From an uncultured Trueperaceae bacterium (GTDB taxonomy: Bacteria; Deinococcota; Deinococci; Deinococcales; Trueperaceae): 64,000 bases of DNA. The notes beneath the pieces are model-generated. The model was given only the letters and a program-made list of their open reading frames with translations. It made no database searches and was not told the DNA's origin. The stretch is from NCBI GenBank assembly GCA_963727505.1, contig CAVSGP010000006.1:168124-232123 (forward strand), in the 5' to 3' direction. A program made the translations under genes and the position numbers. Below, one piece after another: positions 52,474-63,249 of this stretch (position 1 is its first letter; each line of letters opens with the position of its first letter).

Positions 52474-53760
52474 GTGCTGCGCTTCCGATTGAGCCTGCTG
52501 CTGGCGTCGGCGCTGCTGCTGGCGTTGCTGGCCTTCGCCGGCCTGGCGGGCACCGTCTTCGCGCAGATCCAGGACCGCGAGCTCGGGCAGCTCCTCCAGC
52601 GCGAGCTGAGCCGCGTGCAGACGCTGCTGAGCCAGGCGGCCGTGGGCGAGCAGTTCCTCGACACGCCGGGGCAGGCGATGACGCTGCAGTTCGTTACGCG
52701 CTCCGGGCAGGTGGCGATCCCGAGCGGCGGTCCCCAGGCGCTGCCGCTGGAGGTCACGCCCACCATCGTGAAGGTGGGCGGGCGCACGCTGATGGTGGCG
52801 TCGGCGCCCTGGCAGCTCGGCGGCGGCACCACCCTCGGCACCGTGCGGTTGGGGATGGACATCACCGATGCCCTGGCGGCGCGCCGCACGCTGCGTGTCA
52901 GCCTCGTGACCTCGGGTGCGCTCATCGCCGCCGCAGCCATGCTGGCGGGACTCCTGATCCTGGGGCGAACGTTGCGGCCGCTCCGGCAGCTCGCGGTGCA
53001 GGCCGACGAGCTCGACCCGCGCGACCCGCACCTGACGGCCGTGACCGACCGCGACGATGAGGTCGGGCGGGTGTACGACGCGTTGCGACGGGCGCTGGAG
53101 GCGATCCGTGAGCGCCAACAGGCGGAACGTGACGCTCTGGCCGAGGTGGCGCACGAGCTGGCCGCGCCGCTCTCGGTGGTGGCCGGGCAGCTCGACGCGC
53201 TCTCCGAACAGGACCCCGACCCGCACGTGCTGGCCGCGCGCGACGCGGCCCGGGAGCTGCTCTACACCTCGCAGGATCTGCTGTCTCTGGCGCGCGGAGA
53301 GCTCGAATGGCCCGTCGAGCTGGAGGCGGTCGAGCTCGGCGAGCTGGCGCGGCGCGTGGCTCACGAGTACCCAGGCGTCGCGCTCGAGGACGAGGGAGAC
53401 ACCCGCGTGCTGGCCAGCCCGCAACGGCTGGCCCAGGTGGTGCGCAACCTGGTGCGCAACGCGTTGCAGGCCGCCAGCGGGCCGGCGGGCGTGCGGGTAG
53501 CGGTGACGGGGGAGGGTGAGCGGGTCCGGCTCGCCGTGCACGACGACGGGCCTGGTCTGGACGTGGAGGTGCAGCGGCGTGTGTTCGACCGCTACTACAC
53601 GCGTCGCCGGGCCGCTGGCGGCAGCGGCATCGGCCTGGCGGTGGTGCGCACCATCGTCGAGGGGCACGGTGGCAGCGTGGCGGTGCGCTCGGCGCCTCGG
53701 CAGGGCACCACCTTCACGGTCGTGCTGCCGAGCCTGGAGGCCGAGATCGTCGAGGATTGA
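52474..53760 (+). CDS. HAMP-domain sensor histidine kinase
   Basis: Two TM segments, HAMP, H-box VAHELAAPL, N-box NLVRNA, DDGPG, GSGIGL. Confidence 0.92.
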   Translation: MLRFRLSLLLASALLLALLAFAGLAGTVFAQIQDRELGQLLQRELSRVQTLLSQAAVGEQFLDTPGQAMTLQFVTRSGQVAIPSGGPQALPLEVTPTIVKVGGRTLMVASAPWQLGGGTTLGTVRLGMDITDALAARRTLRVSLVTSGALIAAAAMLAGLLILGRTLRPLRQLAVQADELDPRDPHLTAVTDRDDEVGRVYDALRRALEAIRERQQAERDALAEVAHELAAPLSVVAGQLDALSEQDPDPHVLAARDAARELLYTSQDLLSLARGELEWPVELEAVELGELARRVAHEYPGVALEDEGDTRVLASPQRLAQVVRNLVRNALQAASGPAGVRVAVTGEGERVRLAVHDDGPGLDVEVQRRVFDRYYTRRRAAGGSGIGLAVVRTIVEGHGGSVAVRSAPRQGTTFTVVLPSLEAEIVED

Positions 53761-53833
53761 GGGGCGCGGGATCATTCCGCGACCGCGACGTCCGCGACGG
53801 CGACGCCCGCGCACACCGGGCTATCCTTGCGCC

Positions 53834-54796
53834 ATGCCCGTCCTGCTCCTGGCCATCGAACCCGAACGTCTACCGGAGGGCGTGGAGGCGCGGCTGCGGG
53901 CCGACGCGCCCGAGTACGAGGTCCTCGTCACGCGCGACCGCGACGTGGTGCGCCGCCACGCCGGCGAGATCGAGATCATCATCGGCTTCCCACCGCGCGA
54001 GCTGCTCACGTCGATGCCGAAGCTGGCATGGTTCCAGCAGTGGGCGGCGGGCGCGGACTGGCTGCTCCGTCACCCGGAGCTGGCCGACGCTGCCTTCACG
54101 CTGACCAGCGCAGTGGGGATCCATGCCGTGCAGATCGGCGAGCACGTCTTCGCCGGGTTGCTGGCGCTGGCGCGCGAGCTACCGGCGGCGGTGCTCGCGC
54201 AGCGCGAACGACGCTGGCACGGCTTCAATGACGTCGGTACCTTCGAGCTCCATGACAAGAACCTGCTTGTGATCGGCGTGGGCGCCATCGGCGCCCGGGT
54301 CGCCGAGCTCGGCAGGGCCTTCGGGATGCACGTCACCGGCGTCCGGCGCCACCCCGACAAGGGCGTGGCGGGCGTCGAGCGCATGGTGGGCCCCGAGGGG
54401 CTCGACGCGGAGCTCGCCCGGGCCGACGCGGTGGTGCTCACCGTGCCGCTGACCGACGAGACCCGGGGGCTGCTCGACGCCCGGCGCATCGCGGCCATGA
54501 AGCGCGGCGCGGTGCTGGTGAACATCGGGCGCGGCGGCACCGTGGACGAGGATGCTCTGGCCGCGGCGCTGGCAGACGGGCGTCTGCGCGGCGCGGTCCT
54601 GGACGTGTTCGAGACCGAGCCCTTGCCTCCGTCCTCGCCGCTGTGGGGGTTGCCGAACCTGCTCGTCACCGGCCATTACGCCGGCGCGACGCCGCGCTAC
54701 GGCGAGCGGGCCATGGCGCTGGCGCTCGAGAACCTGGCGCGCTACCGGGCGGGCGAGCCGCTGCGGAACGTGGTGGACAAGCGCCTGGGGTACTGA
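53834..54796 (+). CDS. D-2-hydroxyacid dehydrogenase
   Basis: GVGAIG, NIGRG, LDVFETEP, TGH; TATCCT 6 nt before ATG. Confidence 0.93.
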   Translation: MPVLLLAIEPERLPEGVEARLRADAPEYEVLVTRDRDVVRRHAGEIEIIIGFPPRELLTSMPKLAWFQQWAAGADWLLRHPELADAAFTLTSAVGIHAVQIGEHVFAGLLALARELPAAVLAQRERRWHGFNDVGTFELHDKNLLVIGVGAIGARVAELGRAFGMHVTGVRRHPDKGVAGVERMVGPEGLDAELARADAVVLTVPLTDETRGLLDARRIAAMKRGAVLVNIGRGGTVDEDALAAALADGRLRGAVLDVFETEPLPPSSPLWGLPNLLVTGHYAGATPRYGERAMALALENLARYRAGEPLRNVVDKRLGY

Positions 54797-54948
54797 GGGC
54801 GTCCCGCCTCGGTTGTCGCGTGCGGGGCCGACGGTGTCGGGCCTTCCGGGCCCGGCGTGGTACCATCAAGGCATCGCGGGAGAGCCGTCCCTGACGCGGT
54901 TTATCGATGGATACCGCGGGCGACCGGCCTCCCGGAGGGAGGAACCCC

Positions 54949-56541
54949 ATGGCCGAAGTCACGGCCCCCAGAGAGCCAAAGAAGGCGGCGGTCGGTCACC
55001 TGATCGACGGCCGCTCGGTCGGCAGCGAGACCACCTTCGCGTCGCGGAACTCGAGCGAGCTGGCCGACATCGTCGGCGTGTTCCCGGAGGCGACGAAGGA
55101 GCAGGTGCGCGCGGCCTGCGAGGCCGCCGGACGCGCCTTCAAGGTCTGGTCCAAGACGCCGGCGCCGGTCCGCGGCGAGCTGATCGGCTCGATCGGCCGG
55201 GCGCTGGAGCGGGAGAAGGAAGCGCTCAGTCGCCTGGTCACGCGCGAGATGGGCAAGACCCTGAAGGAGGCGCGCGGGAGCGTGCAGGAGGCCATCGACA
55301 CCTGCCACTTCTTCCAGTCCGAGGGCCGGCGCCTCTACGGCCAGACGGTCCCCTCGGAGATGCCCAACAAGGAGCTCATGACCTACCGGCGCCCGCTGGG
55401 CGTGGTGGCGATGGTGACCGCCGGGAACTTCCCGATCGCGGTGCCGAGCTGGAAGATCATCCCGGCGCTGCTCACCGGCAATACCATCGTGTGGAAGCCG
55501 AGCGAGGATGCGCCCGCCGTCGCCTACGCCTTCGCCCGGCTCATCGAGGAGGCGGGCGTGCCCGCCGGCGTGCTCAACGTGGTGTTCGGGCACGGCAAGG
55601 ACGCGGCCGGCGAGTACCTGGTCGACATGATGGACGAAGGCCTGGTCCACAAGTTCGCGTTCACCGGCAGCACCAGGGTCGGACGCCACATCGGCGAGGT
55701 GGCGGGCCGCAACCTGCTGCACCCGACGCTCGAGCTCGGCGGCAAGAACCCGCTCGTCATCATGCGCGACGCCGACCTCGACAACGCCGTGGAGGGCGCC
55801 ATCTTCTCGGCGTTCGGCACCGGCGGACAGCGCTGCACCTCGGCCGGCAACATCATCGTCGACGCACCCATCTACGACGCCTTCAAGGAGCGCTTCCTGG
55901 AGCGCGTTGGTGCGCTGAAGATCGGCGACCCCAACAAGCACCCCGACGTGCTGTACGGCCCCTTCATCAACGAGCGCTTCTTCGAGCGCTGGGAGGAGCA
56001 CTACCTGTGGGGCCGCGAGGACGGCGCCACGCTGCTCCACGGCGACGGTCGCGTCACCGCGGAGAGCCGGCCGGAGGGGTTCGTGGGCGACCCGGAAGCC
56101 GCCCTCTACGGCTGGCCGACGGTGTGGGAAGACGTGAAGCCCGGCATGCGGCAGTTCCAGGAGGAGATCTTCGGCCCCACCATCAACCTGGTGAAGGTCG
56201 ACGGCATCGAGGAGGCGCTGCGCACGGCCAATGCCGTCGACTACGGCCTGTCGAGCGCCATCTACACCAACGGGCGCGACTGGGCGTACGCCTTCAAGGA
56301 CGGCATCGAGGCCGGCATGACGTCGATCAACAACACCACCGTGGGCGCCGAGGCGCACATGCCCTTCGGCGGCGTGAAGGGCTCCGGCAACGGCACCCGC
56401 GAGTCGGGGATCTGGGTGCTCGACTTCTACACCAGCTGGCACGCGGTCAACGACGACATCTCGGGGCGGCTCCAGCTCGCCCAGATGGAGACGGCCTACG
56501 TGGAGCCGAAGGACGCGGTGGCGGTGGACGGGCTGTTCTAG
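54949..56541 (+). CDS. Aldehyde dehydrogenase
   Basis: AGNFP, FTGS, LELGGKN, GQRCTS, EEIFGP, PFGGVKGSG. Confidence 0.95.
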   Translation: MAEVTAPREPKKAAVGHLIDGRSVGSETTFASRNSSELADIVGVFPEATKEQVRAACEAAGRAFKVWSKTPAPVRGELIGSIGRALEREKEALSRLVTREMGKTLKEARGSVQEAIDTCHFFQSEGRRLYGQTVPSEMPNKELMTYRRPLGVVAMVTAGNFPIAVPSWKIIPALLTGNTIVWKPSEDAPAVAYAFARLIEEAGVPAGVLNVVFGHGKDAAGEYLVDMMDEGLVHKFAFTGSTRVGRHIGEVAGRNLLHPTLELGGKNPLVIMRDADLDNAVEGAIFSAFGTGGQRCTSAGNIIVDAPIYDAFKERFLERVGALKIGDPNKHPDVLYGPFINERFFERWEEHYLWGREDGATLLHGDGRVTAESRPEGFVGDPEAALYGWPTVWEDVKPGMRQFQEEIFGPTINLVKVDGIEEALRTANAVDYGLSSAIYTNGRDWAYAFKDGIEAGMTSINNTTVGAEAHMPFGGVKGSGNGTRESGIWVLDFYTSWHAVNDDISGRLQLAQMETAYVEPKDAVAVDGLF

Positions 56542-56545
56542 AGCG

Positions 56546-57622
56546 TCAGCCCTCGATCAGCTCCGCCAGGCGCTCGTCCTGCAGGAGCGTCTTGATGTCC
56601 TGGACCCGGTCCTTGCGCACCAGCAGGACGGTGTTGCCGCGCTTGACGACCACCAGGTCCTCGACGCCGAGGGTGACGACCACGTCGTCGGGGTCCTCGG
56701 TGTAGATGATGTTGCCCGAGGCGTCCATGCCCACGTGGCGGCCGACCACGGTGTTGGTGTCGGCGGCCTGCACATCCTTCTCGTCGGTGTGTTGGCGGAG
56801 CAGGCGCTCGAGCGCCACCCAGTCGCCGATGTCGTCCCAGGTGAAGTCGCCGGGCACGACGTAGGCGCGGTCGGTCCGCTCCATCACCGCGAAGTCGATG
56901 GAGATCTTTGTGAGCGTAGGGAACACCGTTCCGATCTCGCTCTCGTGGAAGGCGCGGCGCAGGGGCTGCATGAGCTCGGGCGCGTGTTGGTCGAGCTCTT
57001 CGAGGATGGCGCCGGTCGACCACACGAAGATGCCGGCGTTCCAGAGGTAGTCCCCGGAGCCCACGTAGGCCTCTGCGGTCCGGAGGTTGGGCTTCTCCAC
57101 GAAGCGCTTCACCTGGAAGCCGCCGCCCGTGGGGTCGCCCTTCTCGATGTAGCCGTAGCCGGTCGCGGAACGGCTGGGTTGGATGCCGATGGTGACGAGC
57201 CCGTCGCGTTCCTCGGCCAGGTCGATCGCGTTCCGGAGCGTTGCTGCGAACGCCTCGTTGTCACCGATCTCGTGGTCCGACGAGAACAGCCCCATGATGA
57301 CGTCGCCGTAGCGCGCGTGCACGGTGAGCGCGGCCAGCGCCACGGCCGGCGCCGAGTCGCGCCCCTCGGGCTCGATGAGCAGGTTGACGGCCGGCACGTT
57401 CGGGAGCTGCTCGCGCACCAGGTTCACGTAGCGTCGCCCGGTCGCCACGAGCACGTGGTCGGGGTCGCCGGCGAGCTTCAGGACCCGGTCGTAGGTGGCC
57501 TGGATCAGGGTGCGGCCTGTGTGGCTCAGGTCGAGGAACTGCTTGGGGCGCTCCGGGGTGGAGAGAGGCCAGAAGCGCTGGCCCTTGCCCCCGGCCATGA
57601 TGACGGCGACGAACGGTTTCAA
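56546..57622 (-). CDS. manC: Mannose-1-phosphate guanylyltransferase
   Basis: MAGGKGQRFWPLS, PKQFL, TGYGYI, FVEKP, WNAG, ISIDFAVME; TTG start. Confidence 0.93.
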   Translation of the reverse strand: MKPFVAVIMAGGKGQRFWPLSTPERPKQFLDLSHTGRTLIQATYDRVLKLAGDPDHVLVATGRRYVNLVREQLPNVPAVNLLIEPEGRDSAPAVALAALTVHARYGDVIMGLFSSDHEIGDNEAFAATLRNAIDLAEERDGLVTIGIQPSRSATGYGYIEKGDPTGGGFQVKRFVEKPNLRTAEAYVGSGDYLWNAGIFVWSTGAILEELDQHAPELMQPLRRAFHESEIGTVFPTLTKISIDFAVMERTDRAYVVPGDFTWDDIGDWVALERLLRQHTDEKDVQAADTNTVVGRHVGMDASGNIIYTEDPDDVVVTLGVEDLVVVKRGNTVLLVRKDRVQDIKTLLQDERLAELIEG

Positions 57623-57720
57623 GCGTGCCCCCTCTGCAGACAGTGCGCGCGCCGAACCGGAGTGCGCGGCGCGCGGGATCGCGGGATGCCTAGTGGGCCC
57701 AGTCTACCGTTGTGTGCCGT

Positions 57721-58560
57721 CTAGCGCCCGAAGCGGCGCTCGCGCGCCTGGAAGCTGCGCACCGCGCGCAGGAAGTCGAGCCGGCGGAACTCCGGCCAGA
57801 AGGCGTCGCAGAAGTAGAACTCGCTGTAGGCGCTCTGCCACAGCAGGAACCCCGACAGACGAACCTCGCCCGAGGTGCGGATGACGAAGTCGGGATCGGG
57901 GGATCCGGCGGTGTAGAGGTGCCGGCCGATCGCCTCGGCGCTGAGATCGCCGGCGGCCTCGGCCAGGCCTTCACCGGCCGCTGCCTTCTCGGCGAGCAGG
58001 TTGCGCACCGCCGCCACGATCTCCTCACGGCCGCCGTAACCGAGGGCGACGTTCACCTGCATGCCGTCGTAGTCGCCGGTGGCCTCTTCCATGGCGCGCA
58101 GCGCGTCCTTGGCCTCTTCGGGGAAGTCCTCGATGTCGCCGATGACGCGCACGCGCACCCGGTTGGCGTGGATGCGCTCGTCGGTGAGCAGCTCCTTGGC
58201 CTGCTGGCCGAAGATCCTGTGCAGGTGCGCCACCTCTTCGGGCTTGCGCCCGCGGTTCTCGGTGCTGAAGCCCCACAGCGTGACGTGCCGGATGCCAAGC
58301 TCGAGGCACCAGTCGAGCACTTCGCGCGCCTTGGTGGCGCCGAAGTCGTGCCCGGCCTCCAGGTCCACGCCGGCGGCCCGAGCGAAGCGCCGGTTGCCGT
58401 CCATGATGATGCCGATGTGGCGAGGGAGGAAGGGCGAGCCCTTCACCATCCGCAGCAGGCGCTGCTCGTACAGCCAGTACAGCGGCCGCGTCACCGTGCT
58501 CACCAGGCCGAGCGCGCGGCGCTGGCGTGAGTGCGGGGCTGCAGGGGCGTGGCTGCTCAC
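57721..58560 (-). CDS. uppS: Polyprenyl diphosphate synthase (cis-prenyltransferase)
   Basis: HIGIIMDGNRR, FSTEN, YGGREEI, RTSGEVRLSGFLLWQ. Confidence 0.93.
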   Translation of the reverse strand: MSSHAPAAPHSRQRRALGLVSTVTRPLYWLYEQRLLRMVKGSPFLPRHIGIIMDGNRRFARAAGVDLEAGHDFGATKAREVLDWCLELGIRHVTLWGFSTENRGRKPEEVAHLHRIFGQQAKELLTDERIHANRVRVRVIGDIEDFPEEAKDALRAMEEATGDYDGMQVNVALGYGGREEIVAAVRNLLAEKAAAGEGLAEAAGDLSAEAIGRHLYTAGSPDPDFVIRTSGEVRLSGFLLWQSAYSEFYFCDAFWPEFRRLDFLRAVRSFQARERRFGR

Positions 58561-58676
58561 GAGGGTCAGTGTACTGCAGCATCCGACACGATTCCGGTCA
58601 GAGTTGGCATGGGGTCACTTGATGCTGCGGTCGCCCACGGGCTTTCCGCGCCCCGGCGTGCGAGGCGTGCGCCGCG

Positions 58677-61600
58677 TCAGTACGCGCCGTCGCGCTTGAG
58701 CACCGCCGATACCGTCTTGATGAGCACGACGATATCGAGCCACACCGACCAGTTGCGCACGTAGAAGCCGTCGAGCTCGACGCGCTGATCGTAGTCGGTG
58801 TCGGAACGCCCGGAGATCTGCCAGTAACCCGTCATGCCCGGCCGGACCATGGTGTACAGGTCGAAGGCGTCGCGGTACTTCGGCACCTCGGCGTCGACGA
58901 TAGGGCGCGGCCCCACCAGGCTCATCTCACCCTTGAGCACGTTCCAGAGCTGCGGGAGCTCGTCGAGGCTGAAACGCCGTAGGGTGCGTCCCACGCGCGT
59001 CACGCGCGGGTCGTTCTTGAGCTTGTGGGTCGCCTCCCATTCGGCGCGGAGCTCGGGATTCTCCTGGAGATGACGCTCGAGCGCCTCCTGGGCGTCGCGG
59101 ACCATGGTGCGGAACTTCCAGACCCTGATCTTGCGGCCGTTGCGGCCGATGCGGGTGTGGCCGAAGAACACCGGCCCCCGGGAGTCCAGGGCTACCGCCG
59201 CGGCGAGGCCCAGCAGGATCGGGCTGATGAGCACGCCGCCGACCACGGTGGCCGTGACGTCGAGTGCGCGTTTGGCGAAGCGGTTGACGGGCGAGGCGAG
59301 CTCGTTGCGGACCTCGAGGGCGAGGATATTGTCGAGCGAACTGGCGCGGACGCCGAGGACGGGGAGGCCTGGTAGCTCGGGCACGTATTGGACGATGGTG
59401 AAGGCGTCCTCGGAGGGATCCAGTTTGGGAAGGTGGAGCGGGTGGCCAGCCAGATCGACCGCCACGATCGCGTGGTGGACCCCCTCCCGACGAGCGAAGA
59501 CGTTCGCAGCGGAGAGAGGGCCCAGGTAGGGGACTGGGCCCTCCTCCGTTGACTCATCCGAGGCGCCGCGGTCCCCGAAAATGGCGATGGGGCGGAGGCC
59601 GTCCAGCGAGCGGAACCGCAGTGATCGTGCGAGATGGCGCGGTCACGCGGCCTTCGCCGAGGATCACGACGGGACGTCCCCAAAGACCGAGTGCACGAAG
59701 CAGCCGCTTCGCGCCCCCTCGCCCGATTGGGAGAAGGACGAAGGTCACGAGGGTGGTCGATATCACGGTGGCCGGTGCCAGCCCCAGGTCCCCGCCAAAC
59801 ACCACGCTGGCCGCGAGCAAGGTGATTCCTGCATAGGTGGCACTCCACACCTGGCGACGCAGCTCGTCGGGCTCCGTGTGGCCGTAGCCCGGGTACAGGC
59901 CCTCGCGCCAAGCCATGGCGGGCCAGAGGAAGAGCGCGTAGCGAGCAAGGTCGACTGTGCCGGTAGCCGTACGGTCGATTGCGAGCCCGAGCAAGGGCAG
60001 CGACCAGAGCGCCAGTCTGAAAGCTACCCAGGTAAGGGCGAGGTCGGTGGCCATAAGTACCAGACGCACCAGGACTTGGCGGGACAAGGAATCGGCAGCC
60101 ACACGCTCCGCACTGGCTTGCTCCGAGCGCCAGCCGGCGACGGCGGCGAGGGGGTAAATCACGCCTCCGAAGAACAACGTGTAATCGAAGCAGTTGGCAA
60201 GTAGCACCGCAGCGAACACTGCGATCAATCCCAGGTCGCGAAGCCGAACCGATCGGTGCACCAGGGCGTAGAGCAGCACAAGCAGGCCCAGCAGGCCCAC
60301 CACGCCGCGCTCGAACAGCACCTCGAGGAAGAGATCGTGTGCGTGGGCCGGAACGTCACCATCGATAGCGAGTGTAGACGGCTCGGCACGCTGTAGGACT
60401 GCGGGAAAGGTCCGAGCGCCCCACCCCAGCCAGGGATGTTGGCCAGATGCCTTCAACGCGATCCGCCACAGGGCGAGGCGGCCGGTGGTGAACGCCAGGC
60501 CTCGGGTCGCCTGACCGGGTTGGTAGGGCGTTAGCCGTCCTCGCTCGAGCTGGAAGCCGGCGAAGGACGCGGTGGAGGCTGCAAGTCCGGGCGTCGGGAG
60601 CGAGCCCGACCGACCAGTCGAGGGAGGTTGGACCCGAGGTAGGTGAAGGTTGCGTAGACACGCTTCCAGGCCCCAGTGACCTGAGCTACGCCGTAGCTCG
60701 TCGAGGGTCCCCGGTCCGTCGCAGCGATGCCGCCAGCGAGTGGTCGACTAGCCGTGTTGTGAGCGCGAATACCGTGCCGTTCGCTGAGCTGGGCCCAGCC
60801 CTGGAGCCCGGCCTGCTGGGGGCCCTCGATCGAGCATCCAGGCGCTGACAGTGTAGGTTGCCCGGCTTCGCAGCGGGACCAACTGCTGCAAGCGGAACCA
60901 GTTGGCTCTGCGCCCCGCTTCGTGACGCGATAGACCGTCATCGTGTGTCCGTTGATGGCCGCGCGACTCGTTTGAACCGCTACGTTGCGGGTGTCCCACC
61001 AGTCCCCAGACGGGAGCTCCGAACCGCGCACGAGGTTGCTCCCTGGTGTCGCGGACGCGGGAGCAACAAGGAAACCGATCCGCCCGATGCCGACCATCTG
61101 GCCGAAGCCCAGCAGCATGACGACCACACTGCCGAGGATGATGAACGCCGCGGCCTCTCGCCCCTTGCGGCGGCGCACGGAGCGCACGAGGAGGTAGGCG
61201 AGGACCAGTAGCAGCCCGTAGGCGGATTCGCGGCTTCCGGCGGCCAGTATGCCTACGCCCGAAAGGCTCAGTGCGGCAACACGGAGCCAGCCGTCGGTCG
61301 CCAGCAAGGCGATCAAGCTGCCGACGACGAGCACCATATGGGCGAAGAGCGCGGGGTTCCCCCCCCACGTGATCGCCTGGGTGACGGTGGGATAGGAGAG
61401 GTTGAGCCTCACGCTGCTGAACCCGAATGCGACGACAAAGACGAAGCCAACGAAGAGGCCCTGCAAGACGACGCGCTTAGGGAGTCTGTCGAAGTACGGA
61501 TGCCTGAGCTCAGCGAAGGCCCGGTACACGGCCCACGGTCCGAGGACCTGGAGGAGCCCGAAGAGCGCGCCGGAGAGACCCCGATGAGCTGCTAGGACGC

Positions 61601-61931
61601 CGGCGGAACGAGCGCCGAGGCGAACCAGGGTACGTCGGTGCGACGAACGCGCAGGCGGGCCGTCAGGACGAACAGTACAGCGGCGAAGGGACCGAGCGAT
61701 GGGAGGAAGGCAAACCCGAAGCCGAGCAGGAATGCGATACGCTTCGTGGTCCTGGCAGCAAGCACCCCTCCAGTATGCCGTGTTGCGCGCCGGCGGGGCG
61801 GCGAAACGGGGAGTGACCTCGTTTTGGCGGGCTCGCCCCGGGTTCAAAAACCGTGGGTGTATCTGCGTGGTGGTCAATGGTGCGAAGGAGTGAGGGGTGA
61901 CGGCTGCCGTCTGCGCCTGGATGGTTTTCAT
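58677..61931 (-). CDS. wbaP: O-antigen-ligase-like domain fused to a WbaP-type undecaprenyl-phosphate sugar phosphotransferase; several frameshifts, start uncertain
   Basis: C-terminal KFRTM, DPRVT, LDELPQL, SLVGPRP and [12 protein letters not shown] 59554-60456 joins ligase motifs ([15 protein letters not shown]) to the WbaP N-terminal TM region (LYPGYG...ELRRQ). Confidence 0.75.
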
Positions 61932-62092
61932 GAGGTCGAGGGCGTGTAGGCTGGAACAAGAACGGGGAGAAGCTGGCGAGGCTTCCTTCGACCCACACCC
62001 TAACTGCCCCAAATCTGCGGGGTCAGATCACAAATGGATGTTGCCGGTGACTATGTGGGGCGCAAAGTCAACACTAGCTAGGAAGTCAACCC

Positions 62093-63170
62093 TTGTCCGG
62101 TGATAGTAGAATTCGGCGGGTGGACTTGATAACTTACGAACGTGTGCTCCACAATGGGACCTTCACGGTGGTTCAGCGATATCTCTCTGGGTTGGCGAGG
62201 TGGTGCGAAGGGCAGGTAGAAGGGATTTCGCCTGCGAGGTACTTCTCGGGCCTGCTTGGCTATGCGTCGGAACAATTGATACTCCCTAGCCGACTGAAGG
62301 GCAGGACCCCATTGTGCCTTGGCGACACTGGCCCGATGAGCGTCGACGCGCAGGTTGTGACAATTCACCACCTAGTCCCTTTCGACCATCCCGAGTGGCT
62401 GCCCCCGGAGTTCGCTGGGTGGCATCGGTTCCTGCTTGAAAGAGTCGCCAAGGCTGTCGAGCACGTAATCGCCGTATCGGATGTCGCAATGATTCGCATC
62501 ATCCAAGTTCTTAGTATTCCACCTTCAATGGCTTCGACAGTTCACAACCCCGTCGACTCTAAGTGCTTCGCCGCGGCGTTCGGTCGCCGCCCACAGGCTC
62601 TGTCGAGTCCTTGCTGGGCAGCGCTACGTTCGGGCTGTGGGCTCTCTGGAGCTACGAACGCACCTCCTTCGGCTTCTGCAAGCTCACTCAAGTAAGTGAA
62701 ACTCCCAGACGATATCGTGCTTGCCATCATGGGTGCACGGGGCAAGGAGGCTGTATTCAGAGAGCCTCCAATTCATTCTTGTTCTCCGCAGAAGGTTTCC
62801 CTTGGACACGTTGACGGCACACCGCTGCCGACGCTTCTCGAAAGAAAGCCTATGCACTTGCCTACGTATCGTTGTACGAAGGCATTGGTCTCCCTCCGCT
62901 GGAGGCGACGGCTTCGGGAGAGCCAGTTCTTACAGGCAACGTTAGCGATCTCCCAAAGGTGCTCGATGACGGTGCCCAGTGTTAGGTCTGTTGAGCACAG
63001 ATGCCATCTCCGACGGTTTGGAGCGAATCTCCCTTGCGAGAGACGCGTGTGATCGATTGATCGCACGCGGTCCTGGCAGAGCGCGGGGACTTGCGCGGAA
63101 GATGGCCGCTAGCCGCACACCGGCGTTGCCGCAAAGCGCAGCCCCACGGGGCCATAATGATCTCTTCTAA
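62093..63170 (+). pseudogene. Family 4 glycosyltransferase, disrupted or degenerate
   Basis: VQRY, EQLILP, VVTIHHLVPFDHPEW, VIAVSD and TVHNPVD resemble a GT4 N-domain; the C-terminal half is broken across frames. Confidence 0.6.
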
Positions 63171-63249
63171 CAACGATTCGGGCCATAGGGCTCCCGGGGC
63201 GGTCAACGGTTTGACTCGAGCTACGGGCCAACCTAGGTCACCGGTCTCG

